DNA of 64,000 nt from an uncultured Candidatus Saccharibacteria bacterium (GTDB taxonomy: Bacteria > Patescibacteriota > CAZHWT01): assembly GCA_964536215.1 (NCBI GenBank), contig CAZHWT010000002.1, positions 20,573 to 84,572 of the forward strand. Reading direction: 5' to 3'. The translations under genes were made by a program, and so were the position numbers. Under the pieces are notes generated by a model that made no database searches, was not told where the DNA came from, and saw nothing but the letters and a program-made list of their open reading frames with translations. This document shows, one piece after another, positions 28,474-38,825 of this stretch. Position 1 is the stretch's first letter. Each line of letters starts with the position of its first letter.

Positions 28474-31400
28474 ATGGAATGGCCTCCAGTTCAGATGCTA
28501 TACTTGATTCTAATGTCCTCTGAATTTGGTACACCCCCACCAGATAAACTGCAATTGGTTGAGAAAGCTGACGCTCCTGCATTAAAGCAAGCCCCACTGC
28601 ATACACACCGACCTGTTGAGATTCAACACATCGAGCATAGTACTAATATAGATACTAGCTATGGCGAGAAAACCTGGCATCCATCGCAGTCTATTGTCGA
28701 TTTGCTTCAGAACCACCTCGACGCTAATACTTCTGCCTTTGAAAAGTCACGCCTCAAATTAGTTGGTATATCGGAATACAAACCTGATCAACAGGCCATC
28801 CTGGAGTCAATGTCCCTCTTTGCGGCTGAAACAGATCCTGTCGTCCAAGAAGTACACTTTCATAAGCTTGTGGCGCTACTTGAATCATCCTCTGGCATTA
28901 GCACACTGCTTCAGGATAGCCAACAGAATATGAATGCATTATGGCAGCAGCTTCAAGAGGTAAGGTATGAAGTCCCAGAGCTTAAGCTGAAGCTAAGCAA
29001 CGGCCAAACAAGTAAATTCGTGTCCTATACAGAAGTGGCGACGGAGGACTCCGAATGGCAGGTCGTTGGTTACCTTATAGCAGATAATGGGCCCGGCTTT
29101 GATCATGCGCTGCTTGGCCTGATGGGTGCTACAACTAAAGGCGAAGATGACAATAGACGAGGTGGATTGGGTGAAGGGTTAAAAATGAGCCTAGCCCAGT
29201 TGAATAGGGTTGGCGCGGATGTGCGGATCCTGTCCCGGAATACCGACCAATCGTGGTGGCTTAAGCCCCAGGTTAATGACGGGCTTTTGTCGCTGGATGG
29301 TACGGCTGTCGATCGGAAGCTGACAGTTCAATCGCCATCGGAAGGGTCTCGGACAATGGTTGATCTTAGTCAAGCCAATATGACAGACCTGCAATGGAGA
29401 GAAATTCGGAACATCTTGGATAGTCGAATCTCGCCCGAAGGCATTGCTAAGTATGTCCTGGAGTTCCATCCCGACATAGCCCCAGAAAAGCTCGAAGGCG
29501 ATGCCTTGTTTCAGAATGAAGTGCCAGCTGGGCGGGTGTACGTTAAAGGACTGCTGGTTGAGGAAGATCGGTCAGATTTACTTTGGAGCTACAACTTATC
29601 GGACAAATGGGCCATTTCTGGCCGCGATCGCAAGACGGTTGATGTAGCCATACTTGACGTAGCCATTATCGACAAGTTGACTGACTTGACAGACTACGAG
29701 TCTATCTTGCAGATAGTCCGACTAATGAATGATCCATCCACAGATATCATTCCCCGGGAAGTAAGATGCCTGCGGTTTATCTATAAATTGCCGGAGTCTC
29801 AGCAGTCACTCTGGCGACAGGCAATAGAGGAAGTATTTCATTTTGAGTCAGGTAAGACTGTGTTCTGCCCATCGAATGCCGACTTTGAACATAAACGATT
29901 AGCCGAACAACGCGGCTATACATTGCTGGTCGTCAGGCCAGAGATTTTATCCATGTTATCCATTATTTCCGCAGCCTATGATCCCTCGCCTGTCTATAGA
30001 TTAGATGAACTTGTGAAGCAGCTCACTGCATCGGACGAATCAACTGAAACGATTGATAAAACTTTTAACGCCGTGCTCCATCATATGGTAGAAAGCTATG
30101 CAGCTGATAATCTGGCTACAATCCCGCGCAGTCAATATCAATTAGGCAATCTGTCTTTTGTGCACAAAACAAATAGTAATGCAGATAGATTTATGACCGA
30201 CTTCCCATATTGGGTAGACTGGTATAAGGATACGATCGCAGTTGATACCGACGCCATCTCTAATGGCTTTGCTCGCGATGCCGATTTGCTGCTAGCCACA
30301 GAGATGTTCTTCGAATGGAAATCGTCATTCACTGACGAAGTACAACATGCCTTGGGTCAAATGGTGGCCAGCGCAGTGCTTCGTCATCACCCGGAGCTGT
30401 TCGAAGTGGCGTTGCCAAGTCATATTGCAGAGCGCATTGCTGTAGATGTGCCTAACATTGGCTACACTAATGAACAGCGTCAGAAAGATGCTGTAAAAAT
30501 TGCCTTCGACTACTTAGAAGCACAGCTTTATCATTTAGCAACCGATGAGGACCGCCAGCAATTTCTAGCGTCAATTGAGGCGACCAAGCAGTTATTGGCT
30601 GGGACGGACGCAGATATAGTCAAATCTGTACCACTGTCTTCGTTTATATACCTACCATTTCATGTTGCTGGTCAACTAAAATGGGTTACTGAAGAGCTAG
30701 AGGTAGCTGACAACGCAAAGGATTTTCCATGGCTAAAACTGCGTCGATCGCCGGATGAAATAGATGATTTACAATCCCTTAATTATATGCTCTTGGATAT
30801 ACCTGTAGGGCAATACAAATCCTACGGATATAAGGCCGGCGATCAGAAAGGACGATTGGTTATATCAAGGACGGACTATGGATATAGTGTTGATCGTATC
30901 GAAGATATCCTGACAGCATCTGACACTTCAAGCCACAATCAGGCTGCTATCGATGAAAAGGCCGGGGACAATGTTCAATCGTTTATCTTGGGCGATTTGT
31001 TATATATAAATCTCAATCAGCCGGATGCTCAATTTTATGAAATTCCCACTCCTCAAACTACTCCGCTTCCAGAAAAAAATCGGGGTTTAGAATTTATTTC
31101 GGCTAACACGACGTTAGATTATGGTAGCAAAGTCTGGAGTGATCCCAAGCGCATCCTGATCGATGCTATTCAGAATCATCGTGATGCCAATGGTGGTCAG
31201 CCGCCACGCATTACCTTCCAGATTAGTAATAGCCAGGGCGAGACTATGGATGTAGATATGGCCGCCCTCACTGGCATGCCTTCAGATTGGGTGATTGTGA
31301 GCGTGTCAATTGAAGATCATGGCACGGGATATACCACTCCATATCTGGTGCAAATGGGGAGTAGTACCAAAACTGATGCAGACGCAGGTAAGTTTGGAGA

Positions 31401-32853
31401 GGGGCTGAAGATGTTGACCGCCGCAGCTACGCGCCAGCAGATTGACCTCCGGTTGGAATCTAAGGATTGGCAGGCTTCTCCTACTTCAACAACCGAACAA
31501 GCTATTGACCATGACACTGGTCAGAGTAAACAGTTTGACGTTCTAGCCTATAATCTTAAGTGGTCTGATCGGCCTAGAGATGGATCCATGACCACCTTCT
31601 CTATTTTTAGCAACGGTCACCCCTGGAGCCGCCAGCAATTTGAACAGCTGCAGCGGTCGGAAGAATTGCTTGTGAACGATGCGCATGTACCGCAGCGAAT
31701 CCGAACGTGGCGCCAATGGTTGGACATACTTGATCCTCGCGTTACCGATGCCACCGGAAATACTGGACTGGATAGGTTTGTGTTGCCGGTTGAGTCAGAG
31801 AAATTTTACAACGCATATGTCAGCGTGTTAACAGATCGACCTGGCCAAGTCTTTGAAAAGAATTTGCTTATACCTGACGCTGCTACAAGCCTTAATGGCA
31901 GCAAGCAGCTCATGTTTGGCTATAACTTGCACCAGTCAACCATAAACACGAGAGAGCGAAATGCCATTTCACCAACAGTCTTTAAGGATACTGTTTCCCA
32001 GTATTTTAATCAGGACGCTGGCAGTGTCATCTTTAAGGAGATGCTAAGTAGAGCCAAAGAGGATCCTCAGACTAGTTATTATGAGTATGAGCTTTTAGAA
32101 GAGTCTGACCGTGTGCAGATACTTTTACGGCAGGCCTACTATGACGTCTTTGGTGATGATGCTATTTTGTCTATCGCTAGCATTTCTGAACAACAGCATC
32201 AAGAAGAGTTGATGAAGGTGCATTTAGAGCGAGCTAATACGGTATTCCTACCACCTTTCCTAACAAGGCGGCTCAGTAAGTCGGTTTATACAACGGCTGA
32301 CTATTTCAAGAATTTAGAGGGTAAAGAAGTTGAAGTAACCGATCAAGAGCGCGCTCAGTTGTACACATTAGCTACCCGCGTTAACCAAATTGTTGATGAT
32401 TATTACCGGCAAATGTTAAATGATCCAGACAAGCTGCAGTACCTTAGTAAGGGATGGCTAAAGCTAGGCTATGACCAAGGTGAAGTGGTTGATGTTATCA
32501 GGGATCGACTTGCTCAATTGTCTCAGATGAATGAGCAGGATATTAGAGTTGGCTCTAGTTTAAATCCTCATGGCGGCATGTATAAAACCGGCCAGGATAA
32601 TCGAATTAAAATCGAGGTCAGTCAAGTCTTATTGCATAATCATAAAGCATTTTTGGAGGTCTATCTTCATGAGGTTATTCACCATATGACTGGAGAAAAT
32701 GATTTTGAGTTAGGCTTCGTCCGAGGTTTTGTGGCTTTGGCTATGCAGGCAGATGAGCACGTTCAACGCCTTACGAAAATAGAGCAAAAGGCGCTATCAT
32801 TGCCGTTGATTCGTAAATTTTTGAATGCCAGAACGCGTATCAAGCGAAGATAG
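28474..32853 (+). CDS. giant protein with two tandem GHKL (Bergerat-fold) ATPase-like modules and a C-terminal HExxH motif
   Basis: Motif set 1 is LLQNHLDAN / IADNGPGF / GGLGEGLKM; set 2 is IDAIQNHRDAN / IEDHGTGY / GKFGEGLKM (N-box, G1, G2). C-terminal YLHEVIHHMTGEND. The start is uncertain: TTG at 28435 or ATG at 28474 or 28513. Confidence 0.7.
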   Translation: MEWPPVQMLYLILMSSEFGTPPPDKLQLVEKADAPALKQAPLHTHRPVEIQHIEHSTNIDTSYGEKTWHPSQSIVDLLQNHLDANTSAFEKSRLKLVGISEYKPDQQAILESMSLFAAETDPVVQEVHFHKLVALLESSSGISTLLQDSQQNMNALWQQLQEVRYEVPELKLKLSNGQTSKFVSYTEVATEDSEWQVVGYLIADNGPGFDHALLGLMGATTKGEDDNRRGGLGEGLKMSLAQLNRVGADVRILSRNTDQSWWLKPQVNDGLLSLDGTAVDRKLTVQSPSEGSRTMVDLSQANMTDLQWREIRNILDSRISPEGIAKYVLEFHPDIAPEKLEGDALFQNEVPAGRVYVKGLLVEEDRSDLLWSYNLSDKWAISGRDRKTVDVAILDVAIIDKLTDLTDYESILQIVRLMNDPSTDIIPREVRCLRFIYKLPESQQSLWRQAIEEVFHFESGKTVFCPSNADFEHKRLAEQRGYTLLVVRPEILSMLSIISAAYDPSPVYRLDELVKQLTASDESTETIDKTFNAVLHHMVESYAADNLATIPRSQYQLGNLSFVHKTNSNADRFMTDFPYWVDWYKDTIAVDTDAISNGFARDADLLLATEMFFEWKSSFTDEVQHALGQMVASAVLRHHPELFEVALPSHIAERIAVDVPNIGYTNEQRQKDAVKIAFDYLEAQLYHLATDEDRQQFLASIEATKQLLAGTDADIVKSVPLSSFIYLPFHVAGQLKWVTEELEVADNAKDFPWLKLRRSPDEIDDLQSLNYMLLDIPVGQYKSYGYKAGDQKGRLVISRTDYGYSVDRIEDILTASDTSSHNQAAIDEKAGDNVQSFILGDLLYINLNQPDAQFYEIPTPQTTPLPEKNRGLEFISANTTLDYGSKVWSDPKRILIDAIQNHRDANGGQPPRITFQISNSQGETMDVDMAALTGMPSDWVIVSVSIEDHGTGYTTPYLVQMGSSTKTDADAGKFGEGLKMLTAAATRQQIDLRLESKDWQASPTSTTEQAIDHDTGQSKQFDVLAYNLKWSDRPRDGSMTTFSIFSNGHPWSRQQFEQLQRSEELLVNDAHVPQRIRTWRQWLDILDPRVTDATGNTGLDRFVLPVESEKFYNAYVSVLTDRPGQVFEKNLLIPDAATSLNGSKQLMFGYNLHQSTINTRERNAISPTVFKDTVSQYFNQDAGSVIFKEMLSRAKEDPQTSYYEYELLEESDRVQILLRQAYYDVFGDDAILSIASISEQQHQEELMKVHLERANTVFLPPFLTRRLSKSVYTTADYFKNLEGKEVEVTDQERAQLYTLATRVNQIVDDYYRQMLNDPDKLQYLSKGWLKLGYDQGEVVDVIRDRLAQLSQMNEQDIRVGSSLNPHGGMYKTGQDNRIKIEVSQVLLHNHKAFLEVYLHEVIHHMTGENDFELGFVRGFVALAMQADEHVQRLTKIEQKALSLPLIRKFLNARTRIKRR

Positions 32854-33116
32854 TAGATCTAGTTGTGCCATCCGCTATAGTAATTTGACAACCCATAACC
32901 GTATCAGATATAGACGAGTTACTTCGAGCACATAGTTAAAAGAACGAAGAGGCGATAAGCGCCTATCCGTCCGTCGTTTGTGGCGGCAACACTACTGCAC
33001 TCCTCGATCAAACGCGGAGTGCAGCGCTACTGGAACGTTTTCAGTTTTCCCAAATTCTAGAATGACACTGTGGTGCACTAGCTAATGACTACATTTGTAT
33101 AATGCTTTAGGGAAGG

Positions 33117-33149
33117 TAAAAAATGCCCCACTCAGGTAAGGAGTGGGGC
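33117..33149 (-). terminator. rho-independent terminator
   Basis: GCCCCACTCAGGTAAGGAGTGGGGC hairpin plus a T-run on the minus strand. Confidence 0.55.
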
Positions 33150-33188
33150 AAGGTGTAAACTGTAGCCTAGTGACCGTGCCATGTTAGG

Positions 33189-33389
33189 CTACAAAAAGAT
33201 CATCGCGACAAACCAGGTTAGCATGAAAGCCAAAAATCCAATGACGGGCGCTACCTCAATGTCATCGCCCGACCGTACGACCAAAATCATCGCCACAATG
33301 GCTGCGATGACTGCTATATAGAATCCGATAGCCAGCGGTTCCGTGGCAGTAAGTGCCATTTGCCTTCCCCTGTCGTTAGGCCCGGTCAC
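33189..33389 (-). CDS. small membrane protein
   Basis: 66-aa hydrophobic ORF. Confidence 0.4.
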   Translation of the reverse strand: MTGPNDRGRQMALTATEPLAIGFYIAVIAAIVAMILVVRSGDDIEVAPVIGFLAFMLTWFVAMIFL

Positions 33390-33543
33390 ACTTTCTATAC
33401 CATTTTAAGTTTATAAAGTCAATCTATAGGACAACGGGTCATAGCTAACCGTAATGGCGCCGGGGGTATGGTCGCCAAAGATGATAGTAAGTGGGACCGC
33501 CACCTTTGACGGAGACTATTCGTTAGGCATACCTTGCCCCTGA

Positions 33544-33576
33544 CAAATAAATACCCATTTAAATAGCCATTTATTA
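33544..33576. repeat. dispersed element CAAATAAATACCCATTTAAATAGCCATTTATTA
   Basis: Member of the 6-copy family, immediately downstream of the 33590-34903 gene. Confidence 0.7.
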
Positions 33577-33589
33577 CAAAAGTCACATG

Positions 33590-34903
33590 CTAATCGGTGC
33601 TCAGTTCGCTAAATCTTTCGGTCATGGTCGGGTTGCCGCGAGTCAGTTTTTTGACAGTTAAATCTTCAGCTTTGCCATTGGCAATACGCAGATTATCTTC
33701 GGATCGAAGCAGGTTTTCTTTAGTTTTCTGAAGTTGCGCTATAGATTTGTCGATATTGTCGATAGCGTCTTTAAATCGTTCGGATGCAAGACGATAGTTG
33801 CGACCAAAGGAGTCGCGAAAGTCATTTAGTTGATTCTCAAAATTTGTCACATCAATATTTTGTTCTCGCACCAGAGCTAGCTCGGCCTTATACTTGAGTG
33901 AGTTAAGAGCTGCGTTGCGCAGCACTGTAATCATGGGGATAAAAAATTGCGGCCGGATAACATACATTTTGTCGTGTCGGTGCGACATATCAACAATACC
34001 GGTATTATAAAATTCATTTTCACCTTCGAGCAACGACACCAACACCGCATACTCACATTTCTTTTGCGTTCGATCCTTATCTAATTCTTTTAAAAAATCC
34101 TCGTTGCGCTTTTTAGTTGCTGTTTCATCGCCCTCATTTTTCATCTCAAACATTATCGAGATTAGCTCATTCCCCTGTTCATCATTCTCCCGATAAATGT
34201 AGTCCCCTTTACTACCCTCACGCACTTCATTATCTTTCTCAAAATATGCCTTCTGGAAAGCTGTGGCCCGCAATTTATTAAACTCAATCTCACAATGCTG
34301 CTCCAATGTCTCTCCAACCATCTTAGTTGAAAGCTTGGCTTTCATATCTTTGTAATAAGCAATCATTTCCTCTTTGGTCTTCAGCTCGTTTTGGAACTTT
34401 TCATTCAGCAGCAACACTTCAGATTTTTGCTCAGCCTCTTTATTCTTTAAGTCGTAAGCCAATTGGTCACGTTCTTTTTTGATTTTACCAACTGCCTCAG
34501 TTAAAGCCAGCTTTTTATCAGTTTCCGCCGCCAAGATCTGCGACTGTAGCTTGGCAATCTCCATTTCCTTCTTAGACATAGCTTCTTGTAACTCGTTTTT
34601 AGTCTTGCTTTGCGCTAAAACCACCGCATCCACCTTTTCTTTTTCCAGCATGGCAATTTTATTGAGCAGTTCCTGTTCCTTAACTTTGGCCTCCAAAGCC
34701 TTCTCCCGCTCAACACTCAACCGCTCCCTAGCCACCTCCGCCTCAAAAGCCTCATTCTTAAGTGCCTCAAGAATAGTTTCCAAATTGGACTTATCAATGT
34801 CCGTCTCATGCAAAGACTTCAAATCAACCAAATCCCCCTTAACCCCATCCTCCTGCAACATCAACGTATGCTCATCCTGAATTGAAACTTTAATTGTTTT
34901 CAT
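33590..34903 (-). CDS. coiled-coil protein, DUF2130-like (RmuC-like architecture)
   Basis: AGGAGA RBS before the ATG at 34903. Long Lys/Glu-rich coiled coil plus a C-terminal conserved globular region. The family name is from memory. Confidence 0.5.
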   Translation of the reverse strand: MKTIKVSIQDEHTLMLQEDGVKGDLVDLKSLHETDIDKSNLETILEALKNEAFEAEVARERLSVEREKALEAKVKEQELLNKIAMLEKEKVDAVVLAQSKTKNELQEAMSKKEMEIAKLQSQILAAETDKKLALTEAVGKIKKERDQLAYDLKNKEAEQKSEVLLLNEKFQNELKTKEEMIAYYKDMKAKLSTKMVGETLEQHCEIEFNKLRATAFQKAYFEKDNEVREGSKGDYIYRENDEQGNELISIMFEMKNEGDETATKKRNEDFLKELDKDRTQKKCEYAVLVSLLEGENEFYNTGIVDMSHRHDKMYVIRPQFFIPMITVLRNAALNSLKYKAELALVREQNIDVTNFENQLNDFRDSFGRNYRLASERFKDAIDNIDKSIAQLQKTKENLLRSEDNLRIANGKAEDLTVKKLTRGNPTMTERFSELSTD

Positions 34904-35107
34904 ATCGGATTCTCCTAATCTTTGATTTATCAACATAAACGGCGTGTAATGCTTAATATTGTAATTAAGAACATTAAGCGTAGGCCTTTGTCATTCTGAA
35001 CACAGTGAATCATCCACCCCCCCCGATATAGCATTTACCTGGAAGATCCTTCGCATATGCTCAGGATGACAATTGTCTGAGAGGGTTTCGCTATGAGCTT
35101 TAATTAC

Positions 35108-36127
35108 CTACCCTTGTAGCAAGTGCATAACCAGTGCAATCATAACCTCTTTCTGCTTAGGATCACTTTCAGCGATTAATAGTGTGAGTGCAACTAAGGC
35201 ATTTTCATCCACCTTGGACCCACCGATCGTCTTGGTTAAATAATTATTCTGAGACAGAAAATAAATAAACAGAAGAGCCGCAGATCGCTTATTTCCATCA
35301 CTAAATGGATGGTCCTTAATCACAAAATAAAGCAAGTGAGCAGCCTTATGCTCGATAGATGGATACAATTCCTCACCATCAAATGTTTGATAAATAGCAC
35401 CCAAAATACCTTGGAACGACTCATCTCGCTCATTACCAAACAACTCAGAGGCTTCCCCTTTGCCAACCAGATCTACTTTTAAGGTAGCAATGGCTTCCCG
35501 GGCTTTATCGTAGGTTAGTTCAAATGAAGGACTCCTGCCATGCTCCACCTGCTCCAACTTGCCATCATCGTATTGCTGCAACAAAGCCCAACTTGAAGCA
35601 TAGTCTGTCACAAGTCGCATTAACGCTACAGCCTCATCATCCGAAAGATCGCCGCGAGACGATAATCTCTCAACAGTTTGCGGAAACAGCGACAACGCTT
35701 GCTGAAACTGTTTGATTTGCTCACCATTCAACCGCGTATGGTTCAACGCATAGCCTCTCAGCAGATATTCTTTAAGCACAGAATTAGCCCAAATGCGAAA
35801 TTGTGTTCCCCTCTTGGAATTGACCCGGTATCCCACAGAGATGATCATATCTAGATTATAAAAATCTATTTCTCGCTCTACTTGACGATTGCCTTCCATA
35901 CGAACTATTCGGAATTTCCGAATAGTTGGGGCTGATTCAAGTTCGCCTTCACCATAGATACTCTTGATATGTTCGTTAATTGTCGGGGCAGTGCGGTCAA
36001 ACAACTCAGCCATCTGGGCCTGTGACAGCCAGACGGTTTCCTGCTCCAGTCGAACATCAACAGCCGTCGATCCATCCGGATTGGTGTACAAAATAACTTC
36101 GCCAGTTTTTAAATCCTGATTATTCAT
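35108..36127 (-). CDS. Fic/DOC family protein with RhuM-like N-terminal domain
   Basis: Fic motif HPFSDGNKRSAALL. N-terminal RhuM-like region (YRVNSKRGTQFRIWAN). GAGGAG RBS. Confidence 0.8.
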   Translation of the reverse strand: MNNQDLKTGEVILYTNPDGSTAVDVRLEQETVWLSQAQMAELFDRTAPTINEHIKSIYGEGELESAPTIRKFRIVRMEGNRQVEREIDFYNLDMIISVGYRVNSKRGTQFRIWANSVLKEYLLRGYALNHTRLNGEQIKQFQQALSLFPQTVERLSSRGDLSDDEAVALMRLVTDYASSWALLQQYDDGKLEQVEHGRSPSFELTYDKAREAIATLKVDLVGKGEASELFGNERDESFQGILGAIYQTFDGEELYPSIEHKAAHLLYFVIKDHPFSDGNKRSAALLFIYFLSQNNYLTKTIGGSKVDENALVALTLLIAESDPKQKEVMIALVMHLLQG

Positions 36128-36277
36128 ACGAGAGCTCCTCAATCAGCTTATCACACTTCTAAAATACGCCTGACCATGTTCGGGTATTATTCGCCTAAAC
36201 CGTTTAACCGTCAACAGCCAACCTAAGAATTGCACAGTTAATTCCATAATGACTTCAAATCCACTCAGGCAAATCAA

Positions 36278-36324
36278 CAAACAGGTAAGCCAGGTGTCCA
36301 GAGATAAACACCTGGAAGGTGGTG
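36278..36324 (+). repeat. partial copy of the modular intergenic repeat (M3 module ending ACCTGGAAGGTGGT)
   Basis: aacaggtaagccaggtgtccagagataaacacctggaaggtggt. Confidence 0.6.
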
Positions 36325-36369
36325 CATTGAAATTCATCGAAAATAATTAGTACAATACAAGCACAAAAA

Positions 36370-36564
36370 GACGCCGGCAGTCCTGGAGGACAGCCCACGT
36401 CTTTTTTAGTATCCACACCATTTCAAGTCAATATCCAATTACGTACGCACACGTGTACATACTAACTTGGAAGCATCTGAGAAGTATAATCAAAACCACC
36501 CACCTCCCAAGTGAATAGTTTAGTGGGTGGAATAGGTGTTCTGAGGCAATCTCCGGAAGATGGT
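36370..36564 (+). repeat. modular intergenic repeat copy A (M1 hairpin/T-run, degenerate GTACGTAC box, M3)
   Basis: Alignable to the copies at 37299, 39158, 39937, 41094 and 41824. Confidence 0.65.
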
Positions 36565-36667
36565 TTGCATACTAATAGCCTTACTGTTGACAATGCGAGT
36601 ATAATAAAATCAAACATTGTCAATCGTGGCAATGTTAAGTCGATCAGAGAGCCAAGGAGAGAACAAA

Positions 36668-36874
36668 ATGAGCTCTAAAGATCCTGGTGACACGCGTGAG
36701 ACAGTCGATCGCAATGGCGATGTTGAAACAACTTTCAAGGTCGGCTACAGCTACGACAAACAAGACGACACTCAAGACTTCGTTATTATCGACCATAGTG
36801 CCACAGACGGTGGACATGCACACGTCGTGTTCGACTCTGACGGTAACGAGATCTACAACGACACAGAGGATTGA
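36668..36874 (+). CDS. small acidic hypothetical protein (68 aa)
   Basis: AAGGAGA RBS before the ATG at 36668. Confidence 0.45.
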   Translation: MSSKDPGDTRETVDRNGDVETTFKVGYSYDKQDDTQDFVIIDHSATDGGHAHVVFDSDGNEIYNDTED

Positions 36875-36941
36875 GCCTCTGAAGCTTCATAAATCTGTGG
36901 CCATGTCTATAGACTGGCCACATTTCTTTTAGGAGGACAGC

Positions 36942-37241
36942 ATGACCCAACTCCCAGTAACCATCGAACCTTGTAATAACATAAAAGAGCTTACTAAACA
37001 TTTACGTCATTCGTTAACCCTACTACCAGAAAGTGACGAGCAGGAAATCGCTCATACTATGGTGGCACAAATTATTGCCGCCAAGCACGACGAATGGTGG
37101 AGAGGAGAAAGCCCTGTCTATCCACAACTAGCCCAAGCTGCTGAATTACTGATTCATCTCGAAACTCCAGACGGTAATCAGCAGCAGAGGCAACAGCAAT
37201 GGGATACTGTTAACAGTATCCTTAAAGCTATAGAAACCTAA
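36942..37241 (+). CDS. hypothetical protein
   Basis: AGGAGG RBS, 99 aa. Confidence 0.5.
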   Translation: MTQLPVTIEPCNNIKELTKHLRHSLTLLPESDEQEIAHTMVAQIIAAKHDEWWRGESPVYPQLAQAAELLIHLETPDGNQQQRQQQWDTVNSILKAIET

Positions 37242-37298
37242 AAGCACAAAGGGTCAGAAAAAATCTGACCCTTTGCATTAATCAGTTTTGCCCAAAGA

Positions 37299-37444
37299 GA
37301 TGCCGGCAATCCTGGAGGACAACCCGCGTCTTTTTAGTATCTACACCCATCCGACAGCTTCTTTTGCCCAAATATGAACAATTGACCATAGAACAATAAG
37401 GCGGGCAGGCTAGGTGCTCTGAGATAGCTACCTGGAAGGTGGTA
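37299..37444 (+). repeat. modular intergenic repeat copy F (M1 + M3, no GTACGTAC box)
   Basis: gatgccggcaatcctggaggacaacccgcgtcttttt ... atatgaacaattgaccatagaacaataaggcgggcaggctaggtgctctgagatagctacctggaaggtggta. Confidence 0.65.
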
Positions 37445-37591
37445 CACCGACACAGAAAAATATAAAAAGGTTGACTTATAAGACCCATAGTAATATAATA
37501 ACCAACACTAAAAACTCGAATCGGCCAAAAGCGTAATGGACTCTGCCATTATTAAAGGATACAAGGCAACGAATATCTACAAATTCTGCAT

Positions 37592-38338
37592 ATGAACCTG
37601 AAGTCAATAATTCATAAACCTAAACGAATCGTAACTGTTAGCTTGATATTGCTGGCCGTCATTTCAATAGTCTTGTATGCTGGGGTTAAAATAATGTATT
37701 TTCCCGGTTCAACTACGAACCAGGAACCAAGCATCCAGAAACAGACTATAAGTAAAACCAAACTACCGGAGAAATCAGTCAGCGAAAACATTACTCAAGA
37801 GTCTGGTCCAGCCGTGGTCAAATTGCCCGATGATCGGACTGGCGTGGGTGCTGAGAGTTTTCAGTCCACGGATGAAACTGTTACAGACTGGTGTGCTTCT
37901 ACTTGCACCTTTACGGACTCCAACGGTGACTATACTGATATTCATTGTTACCAATACTCGAATTCATGTTCAGCGCATAACTCCAATGGGGATTACGTAA
38001 ATATCTATTGCTATCAGTATTCAAACTCGTGTTCAGCTTATGGATCCGATGGTAGTAGCGCTACTTCACATTGCTATCCCAATTTAAATTCATGCTCGAC
38101 CTATGGATCAGATGGCTCATATAGCAATACACATTGCTATACCTACTCCAACACCTGCGGTACAACGGGATCCGATGGCAATTACTCTACCACTCATTGT
38201 TATTCATACACAAATAGTTGTACCACTCATGATTCAGATGGCTCATATACAAATACCTATTGCTATTCATATACCAGTTCCTGTAGTTCGTACAGCTATG
38301 GCAGCAACAATTACGACTATTCTTACTTAGATTACTGA
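37592..38338 (+). CDS. secreted/membrane-anchored Cys-rich tandem-repeat protein
   Basis: N-terminal TM/signal. About 8 tandem ~21-aa units of consensus SDGSY(S/T)NTHCY.YSN.C.T.G. Confidence 0.6.
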   Translation: MNLKSIIHKPKRIVTVSLILLAVISIVLYAGVKIMYFPGSTTNQEPSIQKQTISKTKLPEKSVSENITQESGPAVVKLPDDRTGVGAESFQSTDETVTDWCASTCTFTDSNGDYTDIHCYQYSNSCSAHNSNGDYVNIYCYQYSNSCSAYGSDGSSATSHCYPNLNSCSTYGSDGSYSNTHCYTYSNTCGTTGSDGNYSTTHCYSYTNSCTTHDSDGSYTNTYCYSYTSSCSSYSYGSNNYDYSYLDY

Positions 38339-38540
38339 TATATCTACAAAAATGGCTAGCATTGCTCATAAAATTGCTGCTCTAAAATCAGGCAAATAAT
38401 GACGCAATCAAAAGTAAACTATAGTGGCTAGCATCACAACAGATTTTATGTGCCGTTCAGTAGTATAGATATACAACTGGAAGGTGATACAAAGCCGGTA
38501 AGTCAAACTAAATCCGGATTTAAGTAAGAGCGAGGCTCAC

Positions 38541-38825
38541 TTATCTGCTGCGCTTGTATACCTCACTTCTATGCCGCACGGTTAACAAATAAATAGTTCG
38601 ACCATCTAAATCAAAAGTAATCCGATATGGATCAATTCTCCAGCGATATTGACCAAAATTAAAATTTTTAAGCGGTTTGGCTAAAGATATTGGACCAACA
38701 TGTTGTTCCAACTCTTTCAACTTTTTAACCAATTGACGCTGAACCTTGCCATCCAAGGCTTGCACATCCTTATTAAATTGGGCAGTGGTAAGGATTGTAT
38801 AGTTATTCTCTAATGAGGTGGCCAA
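38541..38825 (-). CDS. RelE/ParE-family type II toxin
   Basis: C-terminal region WRIDPYRITFDLDGRTIYLLTVRHRSEVYK. The start is uncertain: TTG at 38825 gives 95 aa, while the track ORF extends to 38927 with a 125-nt antitoxin overlap. Confidence 0.55.
   Translation of the reverse strand: MATSLENNYTILTTAQFNKDVQALDGKVQRQLVKKLKELEQHVGPISLAKPLKNFNFGQYRWRIDPYRITFDLDGRTIYLLTVRHRSEVYKRSR

Noticed and set aside
28400-28606. 68-aa minus-strand ORF overlapping the 5' end of the giant GHKL gene
   Set aside because: It lies entirely inside or antisense to the long plus-strand ORF, has no RBS, and its start region is the divergent promoter. It is most likely spurious.
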